A stretch of DNA of 43,591 bases from an uncultured Candidatus Peribacteria bacterium (GTDB lineage: Bacteria > Patescibacteriota > Gracilibacteria > Peribacterales > Peribacteraceae), in NCBI GenBank assembly GCA_964448615.1, contig CAYUWH010000002.1, positions 4,841 to 48,431 on the forward strand, written 5' to 3'. Shown piece after piece: positions 36,684 to 43,591 of the stretch. Made by a program: the position numbers and the translations under genes. The notes below the pieces were generated by a model. The model had not been told where the DNA came from and ran no database searches. It saw nothing but the letters and a program-made list of their open reading frames with translations. How positions within the stretch are numbered: the first letter of the stretch is position 1; each line of letters starts with the position of its first letter.

Positions 36684-36752
36684 TAGTATTTAGTATCTTC
36701 GTCATACTAAATACTAAATACTAGATACTAAATACTGAATACGTAATACTTA
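36684..36752. repeat. Inverted heptamer tandem array C
   Basis: tagtatt tagtatc ... tcatact aaatact aaatact agatact aaatact gaatacg taatact. Confidence 0.88.
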
Positions 36753-37139
36753 TCACGGTTTCTCCAAGCGTGCCGCCTTCCATCGTTTCTCCATCTTTCC
36801 GATACGATCGTGATCCAGTCCGAAGTGATGGCCGATTTCGTGGAGGAGCGTTTCGCGGATGACATGGGGAATTTCATCCGGTGACTCGGCAAATTCCTCG
36901 ATGTTCTGCTGAAAGAGCGTGATCTTATCGAGGAGTTTGCCGCTGAAGTCGCGATTCCATTCCGTAAACGGCACTCCTTCATAGAGACCTAAAAGAGATC
37001 TGCTGCCCTTGCGTACGCCATGGTGTGACCCGGGAAGTGGTTCGACGCAGACGGCAACGCCCTCCAGCTTTTCCCGAAATTGCGGCGGGAGCGACTCGAT
37101 CGTTTTGTCTATGAGCCTCTGAAATTCCTGCGTCTCCAT
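36753..37139 (-). CDS. Zincin_1 (DUF1025) minimal metallopeptidase
   Basis: LLGLYEGVP, DKITLF..NI, HEIGHHFG. Confidence 0.9.
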   Translation of the reverse strand: METQEFQRLIDKTIESLPPQFREKLEGVAVCVEPLPGSHHGVRKGSRSLLGLYEGVPFTEWNRDFSGKLLDKITLFQQNIEEFAESPDEIPHVIRETLLHEIGHHFGLDHDRIGKMEKRWKAARLEKP

Positions 37140-37175
37140 CTTCTACAGTATAGACCTCTCATTTGTACATACATT

Positions 37176-37212
37176 AAAAAACCGCCCCTCGATTTCACTC
37201 GGGGCGGTTTTC
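37176..37212 (-). terminator. Intrinsic terminator downstream of hcp (bidirectional form)
   Basis: aaaaaaccgcccc ... ggggcggtttt. Confidence 0.8.
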
Positions 37213-37224
37213 ATTTTTACCGTA

Positions 37225-37815
37225 TTAGATCTTCTTATTTGCTTTCACATCGTACCCAGCCTTTACGGGTGCAGCTGCTGATCCATCGGCCCTGGTCGGT
37301 GTGTACTCAAATTCGATTTTGCCGAAGTTCAGCGAGAAGCTGTCCGTCGGAACTGCTCCCGAGCTGCCTCCGCTCTGATACGAAGAAATCAGGACATCTT
37401 CGAGTTTGACTTTGTAGAACTCCACCTGCTTATCGCCCGATTTGCGGACCGTAAGCGTGGCGCTCTTGATATGCTCTCCCGTCGCAGCCTTGAGCATCAG
37501 CATCGGGGAAGATTTGTCGGCGTTTTTCATAAAGTGAAAGTCGTGCACAGACACTTTACCTGCACCACCACCACCGGCCCTAGGCGATCCTCCCATGACG
37601 ATGCCGGGATTCGTCGCACCCCAGCTGAAGGACGAGATTTCGATTTCTCCCTTGTGTTTGCTATCCGAGGACTCTCCTTCCACTCCATCGAGCTTCAGGA
37701 AGTAGTCAACCGAAGCAGCACCTGCTGTCGGCACGCTCTGCTCAGCAGGAACATTTGCCAAAACCAATCCTGCGATCAGCGTGCTGCCGAGCAAGATGCC
37801 TAACAATTTTTTCAT
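37225..37815 (-). CDS. hcp: Hcp-family (type VI secretion tube) protein with N-terminal signal peptide
   Basis: YFLKLDGVEGES.D.KHKGEIEI.SFSWG, GGGAGK, DKSSP.L, GEHIKSA.L.VRK, L.DVLISSYQ, SLNF.KI..EY, GYD.K.NK; preceded by MKKLLGILLGSTLIAGLVLA. Confidence 0.93.
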   Translation of the reverse strand: MKKLLGILLGSTLIAGLVLANVPAEQSVPTAGAASVDYFLKLDGVEGESSDSKHKGEIEISSFSWGATNPGIVMGGSPRAGGGGAGKVSVHDFHFMKNADKSSPMLMLKAATGEHIKSATLTVRKSGDKQVEFYKVKLEDVLISSYQSGGSSGAVPTDSFSLNFGKIEFEYTPTRADGSAAAPVKAGYDVKANKKI

Positions 37816-37875
37816 GGTATGAAAAAAGTAAGAAATAAAGAATGGCAAGGTACATCAGAATTTGTCCCTATACAA

Positions 37876-38133
37876 CTATCTGATCTTCTTTTTGCGCTTG
37901 AGCCAATCCATCAATTTCTTGCCGTACTCTCTCAGGCGTTTGGGAATCAGGAACCCGAGACCAAGCAATTCCAGGCCCACGATGATGAGCCAGGCGCCGG
38001 GCGTGAGGGGGGTCACCAGCGCAAAGAGACCGATCAGCAGGCAGAGTGCGCCGAGGATGTTCTTGAGCACGCGAAGCACCTGGAATTTTTTCGGTAAAGT
38101 GGCTGGGATCGGCACCCGGAGCCCGCTTTCCAC
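37876..38133 (-). CDS. Small membrane protein (PGPGW-like); start uncertain
   Basis: ILG..CLLIG...L.TP.TPG.WLI..GL.LLG plus basic tail. Confidence 0.7.
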   Translation of the reverse strand: MESGLRVPIPATLPKKFQVLRVLKNILGALCLLIGLFALVTPLTPGAWLIIVGLELLGLGFLIPKRLREYGKKLMDWLKRKKKIR

Positions 38134-38193
38134 ATAGAAAGCACAATGTCCATGCAGGGGGATGCGCGCTGAGTATACACGCTCTCTTTGTGT

Positions 38194-38781
38194 TTACAGT
38201 ATCTTGAACGATTCCATCATGCGTTCGACCACCGGGTACAGGATTTGCGAATCAAAAGAATTAAGATGATCTTGCCCGCACGCGGTTCCCTGCTTGCAAA
38301 GACGTAAGGACAGCATCAGGTTATAGCATCGCTTGTCTTTCGATGTGCCATAGGCGATGTAGCGTTGTTCTTGGCGCGACCCAACCGTCGTACTGGTCCC
38401 TTTATAGAATTTTTTATCGCCCAGGGTGATAGTTTTTGCATTTACGAAACGCGCACACGGAGCATAGCTCGTCTCGATAAAGAGCAGGCCGCTCAAAAAA
38501 GTCGTGCCTTTCGCAAAATTTTCAGGCGTGATGATCGCCGTCCCGGCACGTTGGCGATAGGTCAGCGGAGAACGTGCGTGCTCCTCGACGGTCCATCCTT
38601 CCGGATACTTGATGGAATATCCTTCTGCGGTATTGGTATAGGTCTGCGTGAGAGCATTGCGATCCGGTGCAGGAGAAGAAGCCACGGAAGAGGCGGCGGT
38701 TGTTTCTTTTGGCGGTATCACTTCCGCGTTGCAGGCAGTTAGCGCAAAGGGGAGCAACCAAAGGATGAATCGTCGCTTCAT
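38194..38781 (-). CDS. Lipoprotein with PsbP-like domain
   Basis: LTAC lipobox, Y.N...GYSIKYP.GW, M.ESFK terminus; extended -10 TGCTATACT 6 nt before ATG. Confidence 0.8.
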   Translation of the reverse strand: MKRRFILWLLPFALTACNAEVIPPKETTAASSVASSPAPDRNALTQTYTNTAEGYSIKYPEGWTVEEHARSPLTYRQRAGTAIITPENFAKGTTFLSGLLFIETSYAPCARFVNAKTITLGDKKFYKGTSTTVGSRQEQRYIAYGTSKDKRCYNLMLSLRLCKQGTACGQDHLNSFDSQILYPVVERMMESFKIL

Positions 38782-38922
38782 ACGATGAGTATAGCAGTTA
38801 TCACTCGTTCTCATAAAAACAAGGACTTCTGACACATCCCCGCATGAGAAGCGTCAAACATTTCGGATGCAGTGAACGCATCTTTATCGTTCATTCTCGC
38901 TTATTTCTTCCCCATCTTCTTT

Positions 38923-39504
38923 ATGAAATCATCATTCCTTGCTTCAAGAGCTGCACGCATAGGCGTCTCGCTTGCCACGGGGGCGCTTGCCCTCACGACT
39001 TCGGGAGCGGCACTTGCCGGAAATTACTCCGGCACGCAGTTCGGCGGTTATAACAATAATGATTGCGGTACGCAGCAATACAGCGACTGCAACAATAACA
39101 ACAACTTCGGCGGTTATAACAATGATGACTGCGGCAACAACAATTCTCACTGGTTGAGTGGCTTTAACTTCGGCGGCTCCGATTCGTGTGGCAATGGCAG
39201 CAATGTCGGTGGGTTTGATTTCGATGACTATTGCCAGAACGGTAATGGCAATCATGTCGGCGGTTTCGGCGGCTTCGACTTCAATCCGTTCAATGACAAT
39301 AATGGCGGCTCCCAGAGCGCAAATGTCGACGCAAATGCCAACACCACAGTAAACAGCGAAATCAATGCGGCATCTGTGAATGACGTGAATGTGTCGCAGG
39401 ACGGAGGATTCCTCCAGGATGCAGATGTTGATGCTAACGCTGAGACCAATGTGAACAGCGAAATCAATGCAGCCTCGGAGAACAATGTGTCCGTGAGCCA
39501 GTAA
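38923..39504 (+). CDS. Secreted Asn/Gly/Asp-rich repeat protein
   Basis: Signal peptide ending ALA, FGGYNN.DCG repeats, two V.ANA.T.VNSEINAAS.N.V.VSQ repeats, followed by a terminator. Confidence 0.85.
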   Translation: MKSSFLASRAARIGVSLATGALALTTSGAALAGNYSGTQFGGYNNNDCGTQQYSDCNNNNNFGGYNNDDCGNNNSHWLSGFNFGGSDSCGNGSNVGGFDFDDYCQNGNGNHVGGFGGFDFNPFNDNNGGSQSANVDANANTTVNSEINAASVNDVNVSQDGGFLQDADVDANAETNVNSEINAASENNVSVSQ

Positions 39505-39522
39505 ATCCGATTATTGCCGGAA

Positions 39523-39554
39523 TAAAGGGGAAGGGTGTAGGCCCTTCCCCTTTA
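39523..39554. terminator. Hairpin terminator between convergent genes
   Basis: taaaggggaagggt-gtag-gcccttccccttta. Confidence 0.8.
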
Positions 39555-39621
39555 GTATTGAGTATATGGTATTAAGTATTTAGCACGCCTAATTTCCCAG
39601 ATACTAAATACTTAATACTCA
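39553..39621. repeat. Inverted heptamer tandem array D
   Basis: tagtatt gagtata tggtatt aagtatt ... agatact aaatact taatact. Confidence 0.85.
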
Positions 39622-40803
39622 TTCCACCCACAGCAACATGCTCTTCAGATAGTCCACTTCCGGGTGATAGAGATTTACCGGATGGTCGAGCGCTTGGCGG
39701 TGCCGTTGCAGGATTCTGACCTCGCGCTTCGCTTGGCGTGCGGCATGGAACACGATGGTCTGGAACAGTTGTGCGTCCACTTGGTATGAGCAGGAACACG
39801 TGAGAAGCAAGCTGCCGGAGGGCAGCGACTGCAACGCAAGGCGGTTTAAGTCCGTGTAGGCATGTTGCGCCTGCGAGAGGTCGCTGGAGCGTTTGGCAAA
39901 AGCGGGAGGATCGAGAATGATGAAGTCGTAGTTGTGCGGGAAGGGCGTGCTGCGAAGGAAATGAAACGCATCCTGCACATAGGTGCCGAATTGATCTTCT
40001 CCGAAATTATTGAGTTTGCGATGCTCCTGGGCGCGCTCGATCGCGGCATGGTCGTAGTCCACCGCATCGGCATGCTTCGCGCCTCCCGCGAGTGCGGAAA
40101 GGGAGAAGCCCGCGACGTAGCTGCAGCAATCGAGGACGGTTCGGCCTTCCGCAAATTGTCGGACGAGCGACCGCATTTCCCGCTGATCCAGAAAGAGTCC
40201 CGTCTTCTGACTTCCTTCCAATTGGATCAAATACTTGAGCCCGCGTTCCGTAATGGGAATCACGGGTTCGGCCTGGCCCTTCGCCCAGCCCTCGATGGCA
40301 TCGAGTCCTTCTTTCTTGCGTGCGGGTCCGGTCGATTTTTCAAAGATCGCGCGCGGCTTGCAGAGCTCCTGCAGCGTCTCGATCACCCAATCTTTCAAGC
40401 GCTCCATGCCTAAGGTCGTGATTTGGATTACCAGAATATCGGCGTATTGATCCACGATCAGGCCCGGTACGCTGTCTCCTTCGGCATTGATCAGGCGGAA
40501 GCCCGTCGTCTCTTCTTTGGCGAAGAACGCTTTGCGCATCCCGATGGCCTGCGTCATATGCCGCTTGAGCGTCTCTAAAGGATCACCCTCTTCGAATGCG
40601 ATCGCACGGGCGGAGATGTAAGCTTTCGTATTGAGCGTGGCGTAGCAGAGGAACTCGCCGTCATGCGCTCGCACCTCGACGATCGAGCCGTTTTTGATCT
40701 CCGGCAGTTTGTCGAATGCGTTCTGATAAATGGCGTGATGCCTGTTTTTCAGGTGCACCTCGCGACCGGCTTTGACGGTGACAATGGGGTAGAGTGAAGC
40801 CAT
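39619..40803 (-). CDS. rlmI: RlmI-family SAM-dependent rRNA m5C methyltransferase
   Basis: PUA-like N-terminus, RLINAEGD..PGLIVD.Y, QKTGLFLDQR..R, ILDPPAF, TCSCS, DHP, YLK. Confidence 0.9.
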   Translation of the reverse strand: MASLYPIVTVKAGREVHLKNRHHAIYQNAFDKLPEIKNGSIVEVRAHDGEFLCYATLNTKAYISARAIAFEEGDPLETLKRHMTQAIGMRKAFFAKEETTGFRLINAEGDSVPGLIVDQYADILVIQITTLGMERLKDWVIETLQELCKPRAIFEKSTGPARKKEGLDAIEGWAKGQAEPVIPITERGLKYLIQLEGSQKTGLFLDQREMRSLVRQFAEGRTVLDCCSYVAGFSLSALAGGAKHADAVDYDHAAIERAQEHRKLNNFGEDQFGTYVQDAFHFLRSTPFPHNYDFIILDPPAFAKRSSDLSQAQHAYTDLNRLALQSLPSGSLLLTCSCSYQVDAQLFQTIVFHAARQAKREVRILQRHRQALDHPVNLYHPEVDYLKSMLLWVE

Positions 40804-40886
40804 AGAGGGGGAGTATACCAGAGTTGTGTGTTACAGCGGAAAGCCATGGCTTTCCGCTGCTCGAAGGTTGTGCCAAACTGCAGAGC

Positions 40887-41912
40887 ATGGCAGTCAGGCT
40901 TGTCCGCACTACCGATATCTCGCCAGGCATCCGGCGCCTCAAGAAGGGCAAAGGATTCACGTATGCCGATCCCAAAGGAAGGCCGGTCCGCGATGCTGCG
41001 ACGCTCAAGCGCATTGCGTCGCTCGTGCTGCCTCCTGCTTGGAAAGATGTGTGGATCTGCACGGAGCCCAAGGGGCATCTCCAGGCGACCGGCATCGATG
41101 CGCGCGGACGCAAGCAGTACCGGTATCATCCGCAGTGGCGCATCGATCGCGATCTCGAAAAGTACGAACGGATGATTCCGTTTGCCAAAGCTCTGCCCAT
41201 GATCCGCGCACACGTCGAACAAGATCTGACGAAGAAAGGACTGCCGCGCGAAAAAGTGTTGGCGACCGTCGTGCGCTTGCTGGAAGAAACGCTCATTCGT
41301 ATCGGCAACGAGGAATATATGAAAGCCAACAAGAGTTACGGACTTACCACCATGCGCAACAAACAAGTGAGCGTAAAAGGCTCTCGCATCGAGTTTAACT
41401 TCAAGGGGAAAAGCGGGAAGTACCACGATATCAAAATCGAAGACCCGCAGATCGCGCACATCGTCGCGCGCTGCAGAGCGTTGCAGGGGGATGAGCTTTT
41501 TGAGTACATCGATGACGATGGCAGGACGCACGATATTACGGCTGCCGATGTGAATGCTTACTTGCGGGAAATCAGTGGTTCGACGTTTACAGCGAAAGAT
41601 TTCCGCACGTGGTCCGGCACCGTTCATGCGGCGCTGCTTTTGAACAATTTGCCATGTGCCACAACCAAAGAAGCGAAGCGCAGCATCGTGCGGGCGATCG
41701 AAGAAGTGGCCCGGAAGCTCGGCAATACGCCCGCCGTCTGCCGCAAGAGTTACGTGCATCCTGTGATTTTGGATCACTACCTGGAGCAGGATTTGCATCA
41801 TGGTTTGCGCAAGCACATGCGTGCCGCCAAGGGTATGCCCGTCGGACTGACACTTGGAGAACAGGCGGTGATGCAGTATCTGGAGGAATGTCTCTTCCGT
41901 GGCAAGAAATAA
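40887..41912 (+). CDS. DNA topoisomerase IB (bacterial/poxvirus-like)
   Basis: PPAW.DVWI, G.DARGRKQYRYH, IRIGNEEY, FKGKSG, AKDFRTW, LGNTPAVCRKSYVHP (catalytic Tyr). Confidence 0.95.
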   Translation: MAVRLVRTTDISPGIRRLKKGKGFTYADPKGRPVRDAATLKRIASLVLPPAWKDVWICTEPKGHLQATGIDARGRKQYRYHPQWRIDRDLEKYERMIPFAKALPMIRAHVEQDLTKKGLPREKVLATVVRLLEETLIRIGNEEYMKANKSYGLTTMRNKQVSVKGSRIEFNFKGKSGKYHDIKIEDPQIAHIVARCRALQGDELFEYIDDDGRTHDITAADVNAYLREISGSTFTAKDFRTWSGTVHAALLLNNLPCATTKEAKRSIVRAIEEVARKLGNTPAVCRKSYVHPVILDHYLEQDLHHGLRKHMRAAKGMPVGLTLGEQAVMQYLEECLFRGKK

Positions 41913-41963
41913 TTGCATGGCAATCGCTTGCGGAAGAAAGAGCGGGGCTTCATGCTGTCCGAC

Positions 41964-42878
41964 GTGCGTCGCTCCGATATCGCTTCCTGGATTCTTGGTT
42001 GTATCTTCGTCGCGTTGGCGGGCGGGTTCGTCGCCAGTCAATGGAACCGGCTCTTTCCGTGCTCGTTCACCATTGCCTACAGCATCGGTGCGATCGATCC
42101 GAGATTTTCCATTTCGCGGGAGGAATTTGCAGCACAAGTCGAGGCCGCAGCGAACATGTGGGAGACGAGCGTGAAGAAACCCCTGTTCAGGGAAGTCCCG
42201 TCTGGAGGAATGGTGGTCAGCGCCGTGTATGATTATCGCCAGGAAGCGCAGGAGAAAATGAAGGAGCTCGGCATCAAGGCTGATGAAGGAAGGCAATCAC
42301 TGGAACAATCCAGGCAAAAATACGAGAGCCTTCGGCAAGAAGTCGATATGAAGCAAAACGCGTACCAGGCCTTGGTTGCTGCCTATGATACAAAGAAAGC
42401 GGAATACGACGCGCTCCTCCGTGCGGCCGAAGCCCGTGGCGGCATGACCTCCGATGAGATAGCGCGCGCAGAGTCGATGCGTCAATCGTTGAATGCATCC
42501 GCGACGACCATCAACACGCGGCGCGAGGAATTGAATCAGATCATTGCACAATTGAATGCGCTCGTGACGGTGCTCAATGCACTCGGCCTCGAAACGAATA
42601 GTACGATTCAAGATTACAACGCGGTGGGAGACGTACTGCATGATCAATTTGACGCAGGATTGTTCACGCGGGATTTCCTCCATACGAAAATCGAAATATT
42701 CGCCTTCAATGACCAGGAAGAACTGAAGCGATTACTCATGCACGAACTGGGTCATGCGCTGGGCGTCGAGCATGTCGCGGATAGCGGTGCGGTGATGTAC
42801 TACCTCAATCTCAGAGATAATCCGACGCTGACGCCCGCGGATATCGATGCGCTCAAGGGACAGTGCAACATCCGATAG
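41964..42878 (+). CDS. Matrixin-family metalloprotease with coiled-coil insert; start may be 41913/41952
   Basis: N-terminal TM, HELGHALGVEH, Met-turn AVMY; TTGCGG-N17-CATGCT 7 nt before GTG. Confidence 0.88.
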   Translation: MRRSDIASWILGCIFVALAGGFVASQWNRLFPCSFTIAYSIGAIDPRFSISREEFAAQVEAAANMWETSVKKPLFREVPSGGMVVSAVYDYRQEAQEKMKELGIKADEGRQSLEQSRQKYESLRQEVDMKQNAYQALVAAYDTKKAEYDALLRAAEARGGMTSDEIARAESMRQSLNASATTINTRREELNQIIAQLNALVTVLNALGLETNSTIQDYNAVGDVLHDQFDAGLFTRDFLHTKIEIFAFNDQEELKRLLMHELGHALGVEHVADSGAVMYYLNLRDNPTLTPADIDALKGQCNIR

Positions 42879-42928
42879 GCCAGATTCTTTTTTTGCACTC
42901 CGAGGCAAAAGAGCACAGAATAGATTGC

Positions 42929-43591
42929 ATGGCATACGTTTCGGAGCTTCCGAAAGGGTTTTCCGTCGACGAGGGTATGATCGGGTATGCCCAGGTGCAT
43001 CGGTTGTTCGCGGCGAGTAATGTGGGGCAGGAATTGAAAAACAGGACGCGCTTTTTGACCTTCAAGCCATCAGCGGTTCCCGAAGCGGAGTGGGGAGCCG
43101 AATTGGGCGCACAGGGAAATGGGTTGCAGCACTTGTGGGAATCGCATCGTGCCGCACGCGAGATACTGCTTCATGAACTGGAAGGTGACGCGCAGTGGCC
43201 GCAGGCGGATTTAGAGGCGATACAACTCGTGGCCCTGATGCACGATTGGTCTGCACTGGAAACCGATCACTTGATGGCGGAGGTGCCGGTCTTCCATCCC
43301 AAACTTCCCGATACGTTACGAGCATTACTGCCGTCGATCATCACCGATGCTGCCATGCGCAGCAGCATGGAGCGAGCGATTGATCGCGTCTTCGATGATC
43401 CTTCCAATGGTTTACTGGAAATGGTGCAGGCGGCTGAAGCGCTCGGTTACGGCGAGCTTATGCACTGGGCCTGGAAAAAGGGGAGCGCGATCAAGGGCGG
43501 ATTCCAGGAGCATCTCCGCTACTTCGCACTACGTCTCTTTCTTGCGGCGATGCCGGGACTCTTTGCCGGCTCGCGCTTTGCCGCAGTCCGC
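42929..43591 (+). CDS. Hypothetical HD-like protein, truncated by window edge (not in ORF track)
   Basis: Open frame MAYVSELPKG...LQHLWESH...VALMHDWS... to the window end; promoter TTGCAC-N17-CAGAAT 7 nt before ATG. Confidence 0.7.
   Translation, partial: MAYVSELPKGFSVDEGMIGYAQVHRLFAASNVGQELKNRTRFLTFKPSAVPEAEWGAELGAQGNGLQHLWESHRAAREILLHELEGDAQWPQADLEAIQLVALMHDWSALETDHLMAEVPVFHPKLPDTLRALLPSIITDAAMRSSMERAIDRVFDDPSNGLLEMVQAAEALGYGELMHWAWKKGSAIKGGFQEHLRYFALRLFLAAMPGLFAGSRFAAVR

Noticed and set aside
38850-38875. ECF41-like promoter TGACACA-N15-CGTC upstream of the repeat protein
   Set aside because: One mismatch, off spacing and a single instance; insufficient support
35091-39504. Degenerate T6SS or phage-tail cluster around hcp
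   Set aside because: Neighbours show no sheath, baseplate, VgrG or PAAR features and have separate promoters and terminators
1911-39621. Heptamer/nonamer arrays as CRISPR
   Set aside because: Units are 7-9 bp, tandem and without regular unique spacers; no cas genes
40749-42296. 515-aa minus-strand ORF
   Set aside because: Antisense shadow of the TopIB and matrixin genes
1-43591. TGA recoding (genetic code 25)
   Set aside because: def, glnA, rlmH and rlmI end with TGA at their expected C-termini, and no conserved gene is interrupted by TGA

Overview
This is a chromosomal segment of a bacterium using genetic code 11 (TGA acts as a stop). It is most likely a Patescibacteria/CPR organism of the Peribacteria/Peregrinibacteria type; this is an inference from gene style: leaderless genes, scattered housekeeping genes, a CarS homolog, a TrmB regulator and a SecD-PPIase fusion. 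Housekeeping genes include gatB, def, a DEDDh exonuclease, nth, thyA, folA, mscL, secD, rlmD, rlmH, an rlmI-like methyltransferase and tRNA-Glu(CTC). Accessory content comprises a glnA-amt operon with a divergent TrmB regulator, DipZ and DsbA thiol-redox genes, a csoR-multicopper oxidase-copA copper module, several surface/secreted proteins and a type IB topoisomerase. The most notable observations are: (1) an orphan Hcp (T6SS tube) protein with an N-terminal Sec-type signal peptide; (2) two loop-less perfect 30-bp palindromes that share a consensus, each upstream of a thiol-redox gene; (3) a copper island bracketed by a decayed copy of the 3' end of the neighbouring TSP3 gene; (4) four inverted heptamer-repeat arrays and one inverted nonamer array; (5) self-contained Shine-Dalgarno-led ORFan cassettes, several with structured leaders, in an otherwise largely leaderless genome; (6) a protein resembling a Gemmataceae-expanded family; (7) a secreted Asn/Gly-rich amyloid-like protein. 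No CRISPR array, rRNA, integrase or transposase was seen. All family assignments come from motif recognition, not database searches.
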